A stretch of 64,000 bases of DNA from Ginglymostoma cirratum (lineage: Eukaryota). The position numbers and the translations under genes were made by a program. Below, in pieces: positions 1 to 14,009 of this stretch; the stretch's first letter is position 1, and the number at the start of each line of letters is the position of its first letter. Location: positions 27,890,377 to 27,954,376 of the forward strand of contig JAHRHZ010000022.1 of NCBI GenBank assembly GCA_024137785.1. Direction: 5' to 3'. Under the pieces are notes generated by a model. That model was given only the letters and a program-made list of their open reading frames with translations. It ran no database searches and was not told where the DNA came from.

Positions 1-1764
1 CTGAAACACCTAGAACTGATCAGTGGCTGAGCCTGCTCGGATTCTAGCCAGCACTTTTTTTTATCTAGTATGTAAGCTTTTTAAAGAAAAGTCTAATGCT
101 GCTTAACGATTGTTGTTTGGAGGGTAGTGATTATTGTGGCTTTGATGCCAAATATAAGTTTGACACGTAAAAATACACCAGCAGTCCTCCTTGGCACCAG
201 TTTTGTCTGTGGGAGAGCTGAGTAAATTGTATCTAAAGGTTTCAGTTTTGTTTAGCTTATACTGAATGGTATGATGGTGACTTGTGCCAACTCTATGTCT
301 ATAACTAACCAGGAGAAATGGGATACACTTCCTTAAAGAATTTCCTTCATGGTATTCTAACGTAGGCAAAGATATAAAAAAAATACCTTTACTTATGTGA
401 AATACATTGAATATGTTCTAAAATGGGGATTTAAATTTTTTTAAAAAAGTGAAATGTCTGTTTTGAGATGTTGGCCTGCAATGTAGTTGGCTCCTAGATA
501 ACAGAAGAAATTTGCAATATCTATAAATAGACAGGATGAATCCAGAGAAATTTTCTGTGGAACTGAGAAGGATGGTTAAAACCTGAGGAAATTTTAAGGT
601 AAGCGTATCCTTGAAAGCATGGTAGGTACCTATGCAGCATAATTTAATCCACTCTAAATTTGTCAAAATCTTTCTATACTACTAGTGTGTAAAAACAGTG
701 GAGAATGAAATCGTTTCGTTGTTTGTTTGTAATTGCTTTTATTTAAACATTTTAGCTAGTGATTATTTTGATGTAATATCTCATTAGGTTTTTATTTGAG
801 CTCTCTCATATCAATCTATAGGATAGTAACACTCAAGTGTTAACTCGCAGGCAGAGAATTGAAAAAGTGTCGCTTTATAATTAATTTCCTTATTCAGAGT
901 CCCATGTGCATGGAAGGAAAAATTAAAAGGAATAACTTTTTTTCCCTGTTTCTCTCCTCTACATGTTGGCCTTCCCCTACATGATGTACTTCATTTTAAT
1001 TTCGTGCCAAGACTCCTGGAAAACTGCAGGTGATTGTGGCCGAAATTGCCTTTATTTCTGAAAAGTAGCGTATGTGTTGCTGAGTCTGACTTGTATAAAC
1101 AATGTAACTGTTTAATGGCTGTCATTGTGGAAGATGGCTGGTTCTTGATTCTTTCTTCATTTGGGGATGACTTTCCCCAAATGACTTTGGAGTTGATAAC
1201 ATGAATTCTTTTCCCATTGCTGTTTAGAGATGCGGTTTTTCTCTTTTCCCAATGAAATTGCTCTTCAATTCTCACTCCGGTGCTGGAACTATTTGAGGGG
1301 GCATGGAGCTACTGAAAGAAATACCTGTATTCCTGTGTTCCTTTAGACAATGTATTATGTAATTGTGCACTGGTGGTTCCTGGATGCAGTGGTACTTGCT
1401 GACTTCTGCATTTCATTATCATTTCAAATACTGTTTCCTTTTTGTGCAAATGGGCGGAGGACCCATTCTGCGCATTATTGAGAGTCACATTTCTTTCAGC
1501 TTCCAATCTGAGAGTAAAAAGTGATTTAAAAGTATTTGAAAGTTAATTTTCCATTCATCTGTGCTTTGCCAATGTGGCGAGTGTCCTGTCACAGCTTTAG
1601 TGAGAGCAGAACTTGTCACCTTATCCCACCTGTTTTTGCCACTATTACATTGAAAATGAGAAGACATTATTGGTCTGGAAATTTTTCTTGTGCTGTTTAT
1701 GACTGTACACTTTACTGTTTAGTTACCACGTTCACCTTTGAGTACATGAATGCGTATGAATTAG

Positions 1765-1870
1765 GAACCGGGTTGAGTGATTTAGGCCTGTGAGCCTGCT
1801 CCTATATCTGATAAGATCATGGCCAGTGTAACTATGGCCTCTGCTTTCTTGTTAACCTTATTCCTTTGAA
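1765..1870 (-). mobile_element. CR1 LINE 3'-end fragment
   Basis: Reverse of the CR1 tail seen elsewhere in the window (gagcctgctcc..ataagatcatggc). Confidence 0.5.
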
Positions 1871-1914
1871 ATGGTGAAGACTCACCTGAGAAGAGTGCGT
1901 CAATAATCAAAGCC

Positions 1915-3785
1915 ACTTTCTAGTCTTGAGATGGTGGTGACTTGCCTTGAATGGTGTCTGTCTATGTGGTGTAGGTTAACAATGCTGTTTGGGAGGGAGC
2001 TCCAAGATTTTGATTCGGTGACAATAAAGGAACAGTAATGCAATTCCAAGTCAAGATGGTGAGTTGTTTGGGAGTAAACTTGCATTTGCTGGTGTTCTCA
2101 TGTGTCTGTTGTCCTTAATGATCCAGACGGTGGTGATTATGGGTTTGGAACGTGCTTCTCAGAGGAGCCTGGGTGGATTTCTGCATTGTATCTTCTAGAT
2201 AGTGCGCACTGCTGCTACTGAATGTGGTGCCAAACAACTGGGTTGTTTTCTCTTGGATGGTGTAAAGCTGCTTGTTTTGTTGGAGCTACACCCATCCAGC
2301 CAAGAGGAGAGCGTTCCCTGAAGTTGACAGGTTTTGGGGGTTTGGGAGTTGAGTGAATCACCGCAGGATTCCAAGGCTCTGACCTGCTGTTGTAGCCCCA
2401 AAATTTATATGGCTAGTCCAGTTCAGTTTTTGGTCAGTGGTAACAATGATGTTAGTGGAGGATTTGACAGTGGTAATGCCACTGAATGTCAGGGAGTAAT
2501 GGTTAGATTATCTGTCTGCTGCTGAAGCTGGGGGCGTCACACTTGCTCAGTGGTTAATACTGTTGCTACACAGCACTCGGGACCTTGGTTCAGTTCCAAC
2601 CTTGGACGACTGTCTGTGTGGCGTTTGCACATTCTTCCCATGTCTGCATGGGCTTTCTCCAGGTGCTGTGGTTTACTCCCACAGTCCAAAGATGTGCAGG
2701 CTAGGTGGGTTAGCCTTGGGAAATGCAAAGTTACGAGAATAGTTCCTACTATCTCTGTTACAAGAGTAGGGTAGGCAGATGGGCCTGGGTAGGATGCTCT
2801 TTTCAGGTCAATGTGGAGTCGATGGGCTGAATGACCTGCTTCCACTCTGAAGGGATTTTGATTCTGTGTTCGTTGTCTTGTGGTTGTGTAGTGCGAATGT
2901 AACTTGACCCCTGTTAGCCCAGATCTAAAAATTGTCCAGGCTTTGCTGCATTTAAGCATGGCTTCCTGCAGCGTCTGAGGACTCTCAATTGGTGCTGAAC
3001 AATTTGCAGTCGTGAGTGAGCATTCCTACTGATTCTTATTTTGTTAGGGCTCCTTCATGCTACACTCAGTCACTTGCAGTCTTGATGTTACGGGCAGTCA
3101 TCCTCACCACCTCTGGAATTCCTCTGTCTTGTCCATGTTTGAACTGAGGCTATAATGTGGTCATTTGTTGAGTGGCCATGGTGGAATCTCAACAGAGTGT
3201 CACTGAGTAGGTTATTGCTCAACATGTGCTGCTTCATAGCACTATTGATGACCCCTTCTATTACTTCACTGAGACAATAATTGACTGGGTTGAATTTGTC
3301 CTGCCTGTCGTGTTCAGGGCAATGCTGGGCTATTTTCCAGATTGCTGAGTATGTGCCAGTGTTGTAGCTGTGCTGGAACAGCTTGGCTAGAGGTGTGGCA
3401 GTTTTTGAGCATAGGTTTGCAGTGCTGTGGCTGGAATGTTGGAGTCCATATCATCAGTCACTTCTTGATTTTGCATGGAGTGAAATCGAATTGCCAGGAG
3501 ACCAGCGTCCGTGATGTTATGGACCCTGGAGGAGGCCAAGATGAATCATTGATTTGGTACTTCTGGCTGAAGATTGTTGCAAATGTTTCACCTTTATATT
3601 TACACTGATTCATTGAGCTCTGCTATAATTGAGCATAGAGATATTTGTGGAGCCTCCTCCAATGAATTGTTTAATTGATCACACCTTACGACAGCATGAC
3701 ATGGCTGCAGAACTCTGATCTGATCTGTAACAGCTGTATAACTGGCGAGATCATTTTGCTTGATTGACTGCTATTTAGGGCAAAG
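1915..3785 (-). mobile_element. Degraded CR1-group LINE (family A), interrupted by an HE1 SINE
   Basis: Reverse-complement similarity to the RT and 3' UTR of the 11745-13285 copy (ttccaagtcaagatgg, ggagctacacccatccag, cttgatgttacgggcagtcatcctcacc). Confidence 0.75.
2530..2865 (+). mobile_element. HE1-type V-SINE
   Basis: tRNA-like head (gctcagtggttaatactg..ggttcagttcc), V domain (tgtgtggcgtttgcacattcttcccatgtctgcatgggc), CR1-like tail. Confidence 0.85.
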
Positions 3786-4119
3786 GTAATTCAGGCCAGG
3801 TTTTCTCATCAAGAGAAGATAACCATAGTAAGCAAATGGCAAAGAAGTACTAATGTATTTCTATGCCACTTAAGCTGTACCCTTTTAAAACTGCAAAACT
3901 TGCACTTATGAATAAGACTGACTATATCAGACGGTTTAAAGCATTTGATGGGTGTAAAAGTATAACCAGAACAAAGCAAATGTGGTTGATCTTCATTTCA
4001 ATATTAGAATGGAAGGATTTGTGTCTTTCTGGTATTGAAGTTCTTTCTTTGGACCCTCTAGGTTTCTTATCCTTTTCATCGACAGAGAAGAGGGGAAGGA
4101 GTTTTATTTTTTGCAGGCT

Positions 4120-4262
4120 TCTGTGTATATTTAAGGCTGAGAAGTTCTTGATTAGTAGGAGGATCAAAGGTTATGGGGCAAATGCTGGCAACTGGACGTG
4201 AGGAATGTTGAATGGTGGAGCAGGCTGAAGGGGCCAAATGGCCTACTTTTGTTCCTTATACC
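4120..4262 (+). mobile_element. CR1 LINE 3' end
   Basis: atcaaaggttatgggg..gaatggtggagcaggctgaaggggccaaatggcctact, typical CR1 3' terminus. Confidence 0.75.
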
Positions 4263-4584
4263 CTAATAGATGTCTGTGTGCACTACATTAACAAGTCTGA
4301 TAAATTGCATCTGTGCTTTTGTTAGGAAGATTTTCCTTAGACTGGTACTAGGCCTTTTTGAGTTATTTATAAATTGTGCACCTCAATGCTCCAAGAAATA
4401 ATGCATCAGTGTAACTTAAGTGTACACCACGCAAACCCACTTGACCTTCAAATTGCAAAAAGAACTCTCCTCGAACTTTTGGCTGGACAGCAGTGTCCAA
4501 CTTCCATCTTTCAGTTTATAGTCCAAAAGGGGAAAAATGATCCATACGACATCCTTGTCAGTCAAGAATCTATTCACTTCTCCC

Positions 4585-5840
4585 TTCTCTGGGGAAGAAA
4601 ATGCCAGACACTAATGACCCTCAGATGAAAAAAAAACTCCACCTCTTGGCTTAAGTGGGATACCCCTTATTTTTAAACTGTCCCCTAGCCCTAGACTATA
4701 CTGTAAGTGAGAACACCTGTTCAGAATTTACCCTGTCACACCCTGTGAGGATCTTTTATGTTTCAATAAGAATCAATTTCATTCTTATAAAATCTAATAG
4801 ATGTGGACCAGCATTGTCCAATCTTTCTTCATAAGAGACCTCATTCATCTGGAATCAGTAAGTAAATCTTCTTTGCACTGCTTCCAGTGCAATAGTATCT
4901 TTTCCTAAATAGGGGCATGAAAATGGTGCACAATAGTCCAGATGCAGTCTCACCAACACCTTGTTGAACTATGTCAAAATATCCCCAGTTTGTTTTCCAT
5001 TGCCCCTGCAATAAATGACAGCATTTCCTGTGCCTTCCTAATCCCTTACTGCACCTGCCAAATGCATTTTTTGATTCAGATAGCCAGAAGCCCATTGTAA
5101 CAAAGTTTTACAATATCTGTCCATTTAAACAATGTTATTATGTCTGTTCTTCCTGCCAAACTGGGCAGGTTCACATTTTCCTACATTATACTCCAAATGT
5201 TTGCCCATTCCCTTAACCTATCTGAATTCTCTTGCAGATTGTTTGTCCTTTTCACCATTACTCTCCTACCTGTCTAAGAGTGTCATCAGCAAATTTAGCA
5301 ACCATACCTTTAATTCGTTCAGCCAGCTAATTGATATGGATTGTGGTTGAGGCCCAGCACTCGTATCTTGCCAACTGGAAAATGACCCATTCATTCCTGT
5401 GTTTCCAGTTAACTAATCAGTTTTTCTGTGCTGTTCTGTTAGCTTCTTTACATTAACCTTTGACATGGCACCTGTCAAGTGCCTTCTGGAAATTTTAAAG
5501 TGCGCACATTCCCCTTTATACATGTTGTTTGTTTTTCCTTAAAGAACTCAAAGTTAATCTAGTATGATTTCCTTTTCATTAAACCATATTGATGTCTGCC
5601 TGATTACATTGTCCTTCTATAACCTCCTTAAATGTTGGTACAAATATTTCCCCATGATAGATGTTATGCTAACTGGCCTCGAGTTTCCTCATGTCTATCT
5701 TTCCATCATCCTTAGTGGATTTACAGTCACTGTTCTCCAATCTAATGAGAATTTACTAGAATCCTAGGGAGCTTTTGTAAAATAAAACCAATGCTTCTTT
5801 GATCACAGATGCTTTTTAAGACCCTAGGATGAAATTCCTC
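4585..5840 (-). mobile_element. Degraded vertebrate-type CR1 LINE (ORF2 region)
   Basis: Reverse-strand CR1 ORF2 remnants (gtgtcatcagcaaatttag = FADD region; gccttctggaaa = DFQKAF region), many stops. Confidence 0.7.
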
Positions 5841-5844
5841 AGGA

Positions 5845-8300
5845 ATGTTATTGGATCAGTAACCTAGAATCTTGGGCTACTGTTCTGGGGACTTGGTTTG
5901 AATCCTACAATGAGAAATGATCAAATTTGAATTCAGTAGCTTCTGGAATTTAAAGCCAGCTTTTGTAACTGTTGGTGGTTGTTGTAAAAACCTATTTGGT
6001 TCACTACTATTCTTTTAAGAAGGAAATCTGTCATCCTTAACCTGAAAACCCACAGCTGTGTGATTGACTGTGAAATGGGTCTAGCATGCCACTCAGTTGT
6101 ATCAACTAGTGTAAAGTCTAAATAAAAGGATCTGGATGGATCATTTAGCATTGATCTACGCACTGCAAAAAACCATGACAACAAAGCCACCCTTGCAAAG
6201 TTCTTTTTACCAACATCTGGGAGCTATCCCACATACTAAGCAGGCTGTTGCTTGACATTGTCATACTCCTGGAATCCTACCTTACAGATTCCGGGCATCA
6301 CTGTCATCATATCTAGTTATGTTCCGTCACACTACCAGGGCAGACTCCTCAGAAGTTTTAATATAATTGCATACAATCAGGAGAGGGCTGCCCCGGGAGT
6401 CCTCAACATTGACTTCGGAACTCATGAAACTTCATGTCATCAGGTTAAACATGGGTAAGGAAGTCTCCTGTTGATTGCCAATCTACTGATGAATCAGTAC
6501 TCCTCCATGTTGAATAATTATTTGCAGGAGACACTGATGCTGATGAGCACAGAATGTACGCCTGATGGGGAATTTCAGTGTTCATCACCAAGGCTGAGCC
6601 ATCATGCCAAAAGCAGCACAGTGGGTCAACGGTTAGCACTGCTGCCTCACAGTACTAGGGACCGGGTTCAATTCTGACCTCTGGTGACTATCTGTGTGGA
6701 GTTTGCACATTTTCTCCATATCTGCGAGGGTTTCCTCCGGATTCTCCAGTGTCCTCCCACAGTCCAAAGATGTGCACATTTATATGGATTGGCCATGTTA
6801 AATTGACTACAGAGTCCAGGGATGTATATCTTAGGTGGATTAGCAATGGGAAATGCAGCGTTATAGGGATATGGTGGGGGGTGGTCTCGGTAGGAATAAC
6901 AAGCAACATGTAGAGCTGAATGGCCTGCTTCCACACTGTAGAGTTTCTATGGTTCTAAGACTGGCTCAATAGCACCACTTAAGGGACATTACTGCTAGAC
7001 TTGGTGTGTTGCAGGTGGTGAGGGAGCCAATAAGAAACAGTGTACTTGATCTTGTCCTTGCCTATGTTGCTTCTAATTTTTTTTATCTTCTGTGTTGGTC
7101 TCCAAGTTCTGAGTACTGCTGCAACTTTTCAAAAGTTTTCAGAGTCACTGCGTTGACTCACCAATTGGCTTCGGTGGAACAGCTGCACAGCTTAGAAGAA
7201 ATGTTGATCCTCACCAGTCTCCCTGTAGCAGATGTATCTGTCCACGATAGTTTTGGTATTAGTGACCATGGCACAGTGGAGACCAACTCCTGTCTGTGCG
7301 TGGACAGTATCCTCTATCGTGTAGTGTGGTGCCACCACCATCTTAAATGGGACAGACTTTGAACTGGCATCAACCTAGATACTGGAAACCACCACAGCAG
7401 CACAGTTGAGCTAGCAAAACTGGGCATCCATGAGGTGCAGTGGGCCATGAGTAGAATTGCAGCAGATGCTAGAAGCAGTGTGGAACACAGAGGGCTAAGC
7501 GATCCTACAACCAGTGGATCAGCCAGTCAGTTGTAAACTAATGGAGATGGAGGTTCCACAGCTATCTCTATTGGTGTGGGATCCCATTGCACAAGACAAG
7601 AATGATGTAGTTGCATACATTTTCAGCTAAAAATTTTGAGTGGATAATCCATTCCAGAGGTATCAACATCATAGATGGCAGCCTTCAGTTATTTCTGTTC
7701 TGTCCACTAGATTACCCCTAGCTATGCAGTTTCAGTACAGTTACAACATTGGCATCTATCAGCAGCGTAGAAAATTGGATATGTTCTGTACAAAAAATAA
7801 GAACAGATTGGCAGAGCCAATTCCCAATCTCAGTATACTCAAGATCATTTAAGTGACAGGTGCCGTCGACTGTGTCATGATTATGCTTGCAAAGGAATAA
7901 CTTGCCTGCTGATGCTCAGATTGCCAGGGTACCAAATCCTGACCTCTGACATCTCCAGTTCAAGCGTTGACGAAAGAGCTGAACCCTAAGGTGAAAGTGA
8001 CTTCTTTTGACATTAAGCAGTATATTACCCAAGTGTGGCATCATGGAACCCTAGCAAAGCAAGTTGCTGGGAATTGGGGAAACACTATTTGCAGTCACAC
8101 CTAGGGCAAAGAAAGATGTTATGGTTGGAAGACAATCGTCTCAGTCCCAGGTCATTACTGCAAGAGTTTCTGAAGATAGTGACCTTGGGCTCAACCATCC
8201 CGACTTAGCACAATATCTCCGTTCCTTTACTCACTGTGTCAGTGTCCTGGACTCCTTCCCGAATGGCACTGTGATTGGTTCCACACCCCAAGATTTGATA
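5845..8300 (+). mobile_element. Long, internally deleted family A LINE: tRNA-like head, APE endonuclease, RT remnants
   Basis: Head matches the SINE at 36814. Endonuclease motifs TNIW (~6208), DIVILLESYL (~6254), VLDLVL (~7042), SDH (7261). RT remnants at 7700-8200 match 11745-13285. Confidence 0.75.
6612..6957 (+). mobile_element. HE1-type V-SINE inserted in the LINE endonuclease region
   Basis: ggttagcactgctgcctcacag..gggttcaattc head; V domain tgtgtggagtttgcacatt; tail ggcctgcttccacactgtagagtttctatggttct. Confidence 0.88.
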
Positions 8301-8735
8301 GGATCTATTGCAGAATACTGAGGGAGACAATGGGCCTAGTATGAAATTTTTGTATCCCCTTTAATTCAGGAGAGGTCCTAGAGGCCTGGGGAATAGCCAG
8401 TATTGTTCTTTTGCCTAAGGAGGGCAACAGGGATAATCTGGAAATTTCAGGCCGTTGAACCTTACATCAGTGGTAGGGAAATTATTGGTGAAGATTCTCG
8501 GGGATCTTGCATTTGGAAAAATTGGACTTACTAGCAATTCACAGCATGGCTTTGAATGGGGGAGGTTCTATCTTGCAAACTTGATTGAAGTTTTTGAGGT
8601 GACAAAGATGATTGAGGACAGGGTGGTGGATGTTCTCAGCATTGTCTTCAGCAAGGCCTTTGAGAACGTCCCTCATGGTAGACTGATACGGAAGGTGAAG
8701 TCACATTGGATCAGTGAGCTGGTGAGATGGAACGA
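8300..8735 (+). mobile_element. CR1 RT fragment
   Basis: ORF 8455-8802 reads NLTSVVGKLL..SQHGF..LANLIEVFE..VDVL..FSKAFENVPHGRL, the N-terminal CR1 RT motifs. Confidence 0.85.
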
Positions 8736-10509
8736 AAAGAAACAAGTACGAGCTTCTGTGCTTCACATTGTAATAATTAGGACCTGGATGGCAATAGTTT
8801 GACACCTCGGTCACTCTGTAGTCTTGAAACAGTTGTGGATTAAATTCCCATTCCAGGTGTAAAAAGGAGGAGCTAACTGTTCTTTCCAGGGCTGGATTGA
8901 GGCAACCCGCACTGCATTGAGAGATGTTCTGTCTCTCTTGTATTAAGATTGTAAAAGACACCTAGAACCTTAGTTTGGTACTTCTTACATTAAAAACTCA
9001 TCAATCTAAGCAGTTAATTGATTATGATGCACTTTGACTTCTTTGCAGGAGTAAGGTGCAATATTTGTACCAAATAACCCAAGCATGCGTTAATGACATG
9101 TCATTTAGCTGTTAATTCTTTCACCTAGAAAGATCCTATAGTTTGTTTCTCCCTTTTTTCCCCCGATATACCACTTCACCTGAAAAATCATAAATTTCCC
9201 TTCCTGACTTGAGCCAACCATTTTTGGACATGCAATTTGCAAACACACTTTAACTGAATTTTGGTAGCAGGCAGTTTATCAGTATTGATTTTTTAAAAAA
9301 AATGTGGCTTGCCAACAAAATTGGAAATAAGGCTTCCTCATAGCAGTGATCTAATAAAAAAAAAATCAAATTGAAAGCTGTATGATGGCATACTTTTCAA
9401 CAGAAAAAATATTAAAGGGCATTTGTGTTTGTGGTCAAATTATCTTAATTTTGTAGATGTCTCAAGATTTTGGTTGAGTCCAGTTATACTGAGCAATTGA
9501 ATCTACAAGACAGGGATTAGATTTGGACATTTTACAGACCTTATGTAAATTGACAGTCTTTTTTGAGATATTCTGAGAATTAATAAGATCTGACATTAAT
9601 GCAAACATTTTTAGCACATGTCCTTAAACTCAGCATACCCAATCTTTGCCCAAATTCTCTGATCTAATGTTAGCCTGTTATGTCATGATGGTTTTCAAAA
9701 TTCTTCATAGTTTGCAAAATTTGGGAGCTGTTTCTGTAATTTCTGTCTGCAAAATCAGGTGTTTTTGATCAACTTTTTAAAATTTATTATGATGAAACTG
9801 CCTTGCTGCAAGAGGGAAAATATGTACAAATGGTTGATGAATATTCACTCTTTAAGTTACAACTGAAATAACAAAAAAGTGGTGAGAGTGAAAGAGAGCA
9901 AGAAGGACTGTTAATTTTTGTTCGTGGATCGTTGTTCCTACCCAGATTCTGAGCATTGTAAGAAATGCATATGACTTCACTGGTGCTATAATCACAAACA
10001 GCTTTGAATTTGAGGAAAAGATAAGTGATTGAATTGGCTTGGAATCAGGCAATGCTCATCATCAAGCTTCTGGATCCATAACGGCACCTCATGAAGTGTT
10101 CTATTGATGGAATGTCTCGTGCACCTCCTTTTTTTTTGTTTACCTGCTGCAGTTTGGAAGTATAAAATAGTCTGACATTTAAGTAATATTCAGAAACAAA
10201 TGCATCAACCCCTTTGTGCCGTCTTCAGTCAGGAACACCACAGGTTTTTTTTTTACCAATTTGGAATTATCGTGAAACGTGTCCCTCTGATATTTACCTC
10301 TTGTCTCCACCATCTCGCTTCAATTCAGATTCTTTCAGTGATACATGTGGAAATCATAACAGGCAAATATATGAAACTTCCTTCAGCACTTTTTAATAAC
10401 CTAATTTCCCTGAAGAGAACCCCCGTATTCTGTAATGATTCCTCAGTGTTGCCAACCCTCTTCCACCTTGTTCATCTTGCCATTATTTGATTTGGACCTT
10501 CAATGTTAG

Positions 10510-10790
10510 GATTTTTTTCATTCATTGGATGTGGATGTTGCTGGCTGCTTATACCCAATTGCCCTTGAGAAGATAGTGGTGAGCTACCTTCTTGAACCAT
10601 TACAGTCCATTTGATATAGGTTGACTCTCAATGCTGTAAGGGAGCATGTTCCAGGAATTTCACCAAGTGACACTGAAGGAACTGCTTGCAGACTGTTGAG
10701 ACAGTGGTGATCTGATGTCAGTGTCTATGCACATTCACTTGGGTAAAAGAAATAGATGATCAGAGGTAGTAGTCTTCCCACGCCTCTTTA
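10510..10790 (-). mobile_element. Family A LINE 3' end
   Basis: ttcattcattggatgtggatgttgctggc..ccaattgcccttgagaag is the reverse of the tail at 13200-13285. Confidence 0.75.
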
Positions 10791-11744
10791 ACCACAGGCA
10801 CAAGATTAATTATTATCATCCTGTTGTTTCTCTGGCTGAAATATTTAACTTAGTACAAGTACAAATGCACCTGGCTCGAAGAGAACATCTGAATTATTGG
10901 GGAAATGAATTGTTAAATATGGCTGGCTCACTTGTGTAGATTTTCTTCCCTTCTCCTCCACACCCACCACCACCGCCCAGACTGGATTTCAGTGCTAACT
11001 TCAGCTGGAATTTAAATTAAATTTCTAAATACCGCATGTTCTTGATATTTCCTTTTTGTCTGGCATCTTTTTACGAGACCCAGCAATGTGCAATTTGCAT
11101 AACTCCACCTAATTGAAGCTTGTAACTGTTGTGTTTCCTTGTGTGTATTCTTACAGTGCCTGTTTATTAATGATAGGTCTGTACAACTAGCATTTCCTTA
11201 CCAGATGCACTTTCACTAAGGCATTTTGGAACTTGTCAAGATCTCAAGTCTTAAATTTTGTAGTCAAACCTTGTTTTCTTTTAATATATTCTTCACGCTT
11301 CCAGTCACGTGTGGGTCGGGAAAGGGTTTCAAGCTCAGTGTTATCATTGGTTCATGATTTCCAAAGTAATTTTGTTCCAAGTCTCTCTGTGCACATGAGC
11401 TTGCTGCAGCAGCCCTGCAAAAGTCTTTGGTATATTTTAGAGTTTGTTTCAACTTGATTACTTTTGAGGGTGGTGTTGAGAAGTTTGCCAATTTGCACCT
11501 ATGATTCTACTTCTGTTGAGTTTCTGGCTCTGGAGGTCGCTCCAAAGGATGAGATAAATATTGTGGGCTAGTTGTGATTTGGATCAGGTTGTGCACGTTC
11601 AGGCATTTTATCTGTGCTTCAGTCTTGGATTTGCACTGACCTGTCAGACCTGGAACAGCATATTTGTTAATATCCTGCTACAAGAGAGTGGTGTGACTAC
11701 CTGGTCCATTTTGATAATGTATTATAACAATTCTGTTAATTTAT

Positions 11745-13285
11745 GCATCAATTGATCATGATATCAAGAAACGGCTGGACAGGCTATGGGCCCTGGCAAC
11801 ATTCTGGCAATTTTACTTGTGCTCCAGAACATGCCGCTCCTCTAGCCAGCTGTTCCAGTATAGTCACAACACTAGCACCTACCCGCTAATGTGGAAAATT
11901 GCCCACATCTGTTATACAAAAAGCAGGACAAATCTAACCGGGCCAATTACCGCTCCATCAGTCTACTCCCGAATCATCAGTGAAGTGATGGAAGGTGTTG
12001 TCAATGGTGTGATCAAGCAGCATCTGCTTGGCAATAGCCTGCTCAGTTTGGGTTCTGCCAGGGCCACGCAGCTCCTGACTTCAGTCAAGCATTGTTTCAA
12101 ACATGGACAGGAGAGCTGAATTCCAGAGTTGAGGTGAGAGTGACAGCCCTTGACATCAAGGCCGCATGCAACTGCGTATGGCATCAAGGAACCCTAGCAA
12201 AACTGGAATCAGTGGGAATCGGGGCAAGCTCTCGTTTGATTGGAGTCATACCTGGCAGATAGGAAGATGGTCGTGGTTGTTGGAGGTCAGTCATCTCAGC
12301 TCCTGAAGATCTTTGCAGGAGTTTCTCAGGGTAGTGTTCTGGGTCCAACCAACTTCAGCTGCTTCATCAATGACCTTCCCTCCATCATAAGGTGAGATGT
12401 GAGGGTGTTCACGGATGTTTGCACAATGTTCAGCACCAATCATAACTCCTCAGACACTGAAGCAGTCCATGTTCAAATGCGACAAGATCCCAGCTTTGGC
12501 TGACAAGTGGCAAGTAACATTTGTGCCACACAAATGCCAGGCAATGACCATCTCCAATAAGTGACAATCTAACCACCGCCCCATGACATTCAGTGGTGTT
12601 TCCATCACTGAATCACCCCACGATCAACATCCAAAGGGGTTTATCATTGACCAGAAACTCAACTCGACTTGCTGCATAAGCACGGTGCTACAAGAGCAGG
12701 TCAGAGTCTAGGAATTCAGCAGCAAGTAACTCATCTCTGACTTGCCAAAGCCTGTCAGCCATCTACAAGGCACAAGTCAAGAGTATGATGGAATACTCCT
12801 CACTTTCCTGGATGGGTGCAGCTCCAACAACACTCCAGAAGCTTGACACCATCCAGAACAAAGCAGCATTCTTGACCGGCACAACATCCGCTCCCTCCAC
12901 CACCGACGCTCTAGCAGTAGTGTGTGCTATCTACAAGACGCTCTGCAGAAATTCACCAAAGATCCTAAGACAGCACCTTCCAAATCCCTCAACAACTCCC
13001 ATCTAAAAAGAAAAGAGGAATGATACATCGGATCATGCCCACCTTCAAGTTCCTCTCTAAGCCAGTCACCATCTTGACTTGGAAATATATTGCCATTCCT
13101 TCACTGTTGCTGGGTCAGTATCCTGGAATTCTCTCCTTTAATGGCACTGTGGGTTAACCCGCAGCAGGTGGACTGCAGCGGATCGAGAAGGAATGCTGAC
13201 CACCACCTTCTCTGTGGCAACCAGGGATGGGCAATAAATGCTGGTCAGCCAGCGACACCCACCAACCACAAATGAATTTTAAAAA
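11745..13285 (+). mobile_element. Best-preserved family A (CR1-group) LINE, 5'-truncated RT plus 3' UTR
   Basis: Frameshifted RT motifs: MWKIA, ALDIKAA, GVSQGSVLGPT (~12318), CFINDLP, degenerate FADD (FTDV), MEYSSLSWMGAAPTTLQKLDTIQNKA. Ends gggatgggcaataaatgctgg..aaatgaattttaaaaaa. Confidence 0.9.
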
Positions 13286-13519
13286 ACTGACTTTGTACAA
13301 CCTGCTATCAAATCCTGCTCACTTCAGCGAGTGCAAACTTTGATTTCTGACAAGCTGTCTGACATGTACGGTTCTATTACCAGTTATCATCTGGTTAGTA
13401 ACTACAGTTTGCTCTGGATATTATTTTGTTCCCTGATGTAGTGTCTGGTGTGTGACTAACCGCTTGAAGCTTGCTAATAACATGTACAAGTCGGCAGCGA
13501 TCAACAATCACAATATAAT

Positions 13520-13850
13520 ATCCATTTATTGTCACGTGTACTCTGTTGCAGGAGTACAGTGAAAATCTTTTACAATGTCTGCATTCTCATGGGGACATCT
13601 TGGGTACAATAACATAAGTACAATTCTTGGTTACAGCAGAGGGATAGAAGTAGTTGCTTAATTAGAGTTGAAGATAAAGTGAAGATAGGAAAATATTAAG
13701 GGGTTAACATTATAGTGTCCTAAGGTAAGGCTTGTCCCCTCACATTGGTCTCTGTTCAGGACTTGCTGCCTGTGTGCTGCCCTGGGGCAGCTTCCCCATG
13801 CTGCCCTGGGCTCGCAGCAACAACTTGCTACTCTGAACTTTGACATTGCA
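13520..13850 (-). mobile_element. Non-autonomous repeat fragment with L2/Rex-like tail
   Basis: Reverse reads ..ttttcactgtactc..gagtacacgtgacaataaat, related to the tails at 33123 and 61220. Confidence 0.5.
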
Positions 13851-14009
13851 AGTCTTGTCTCTGAGATATTTCTACTGAAGCAGGGCCAGTTAACCTCATG
13901 AGTATCTGCGCTCTAACACAAAGGGAAAAGATCAATTCTGTAAGGTGCTATCTGTAGAATTCTTAAGTCAGAACATTTTACCTACTGCAAGATTTCAATG
14001 CAGACCATA

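Noticed and set aside
2530-2610. tRNA-like sequences at SINE 5' ends (also 6612, 23877, 41900, 57009)
   Set aside because: They continue into SINE bodies and lack an intact cloverleaf; not tRNA genes.
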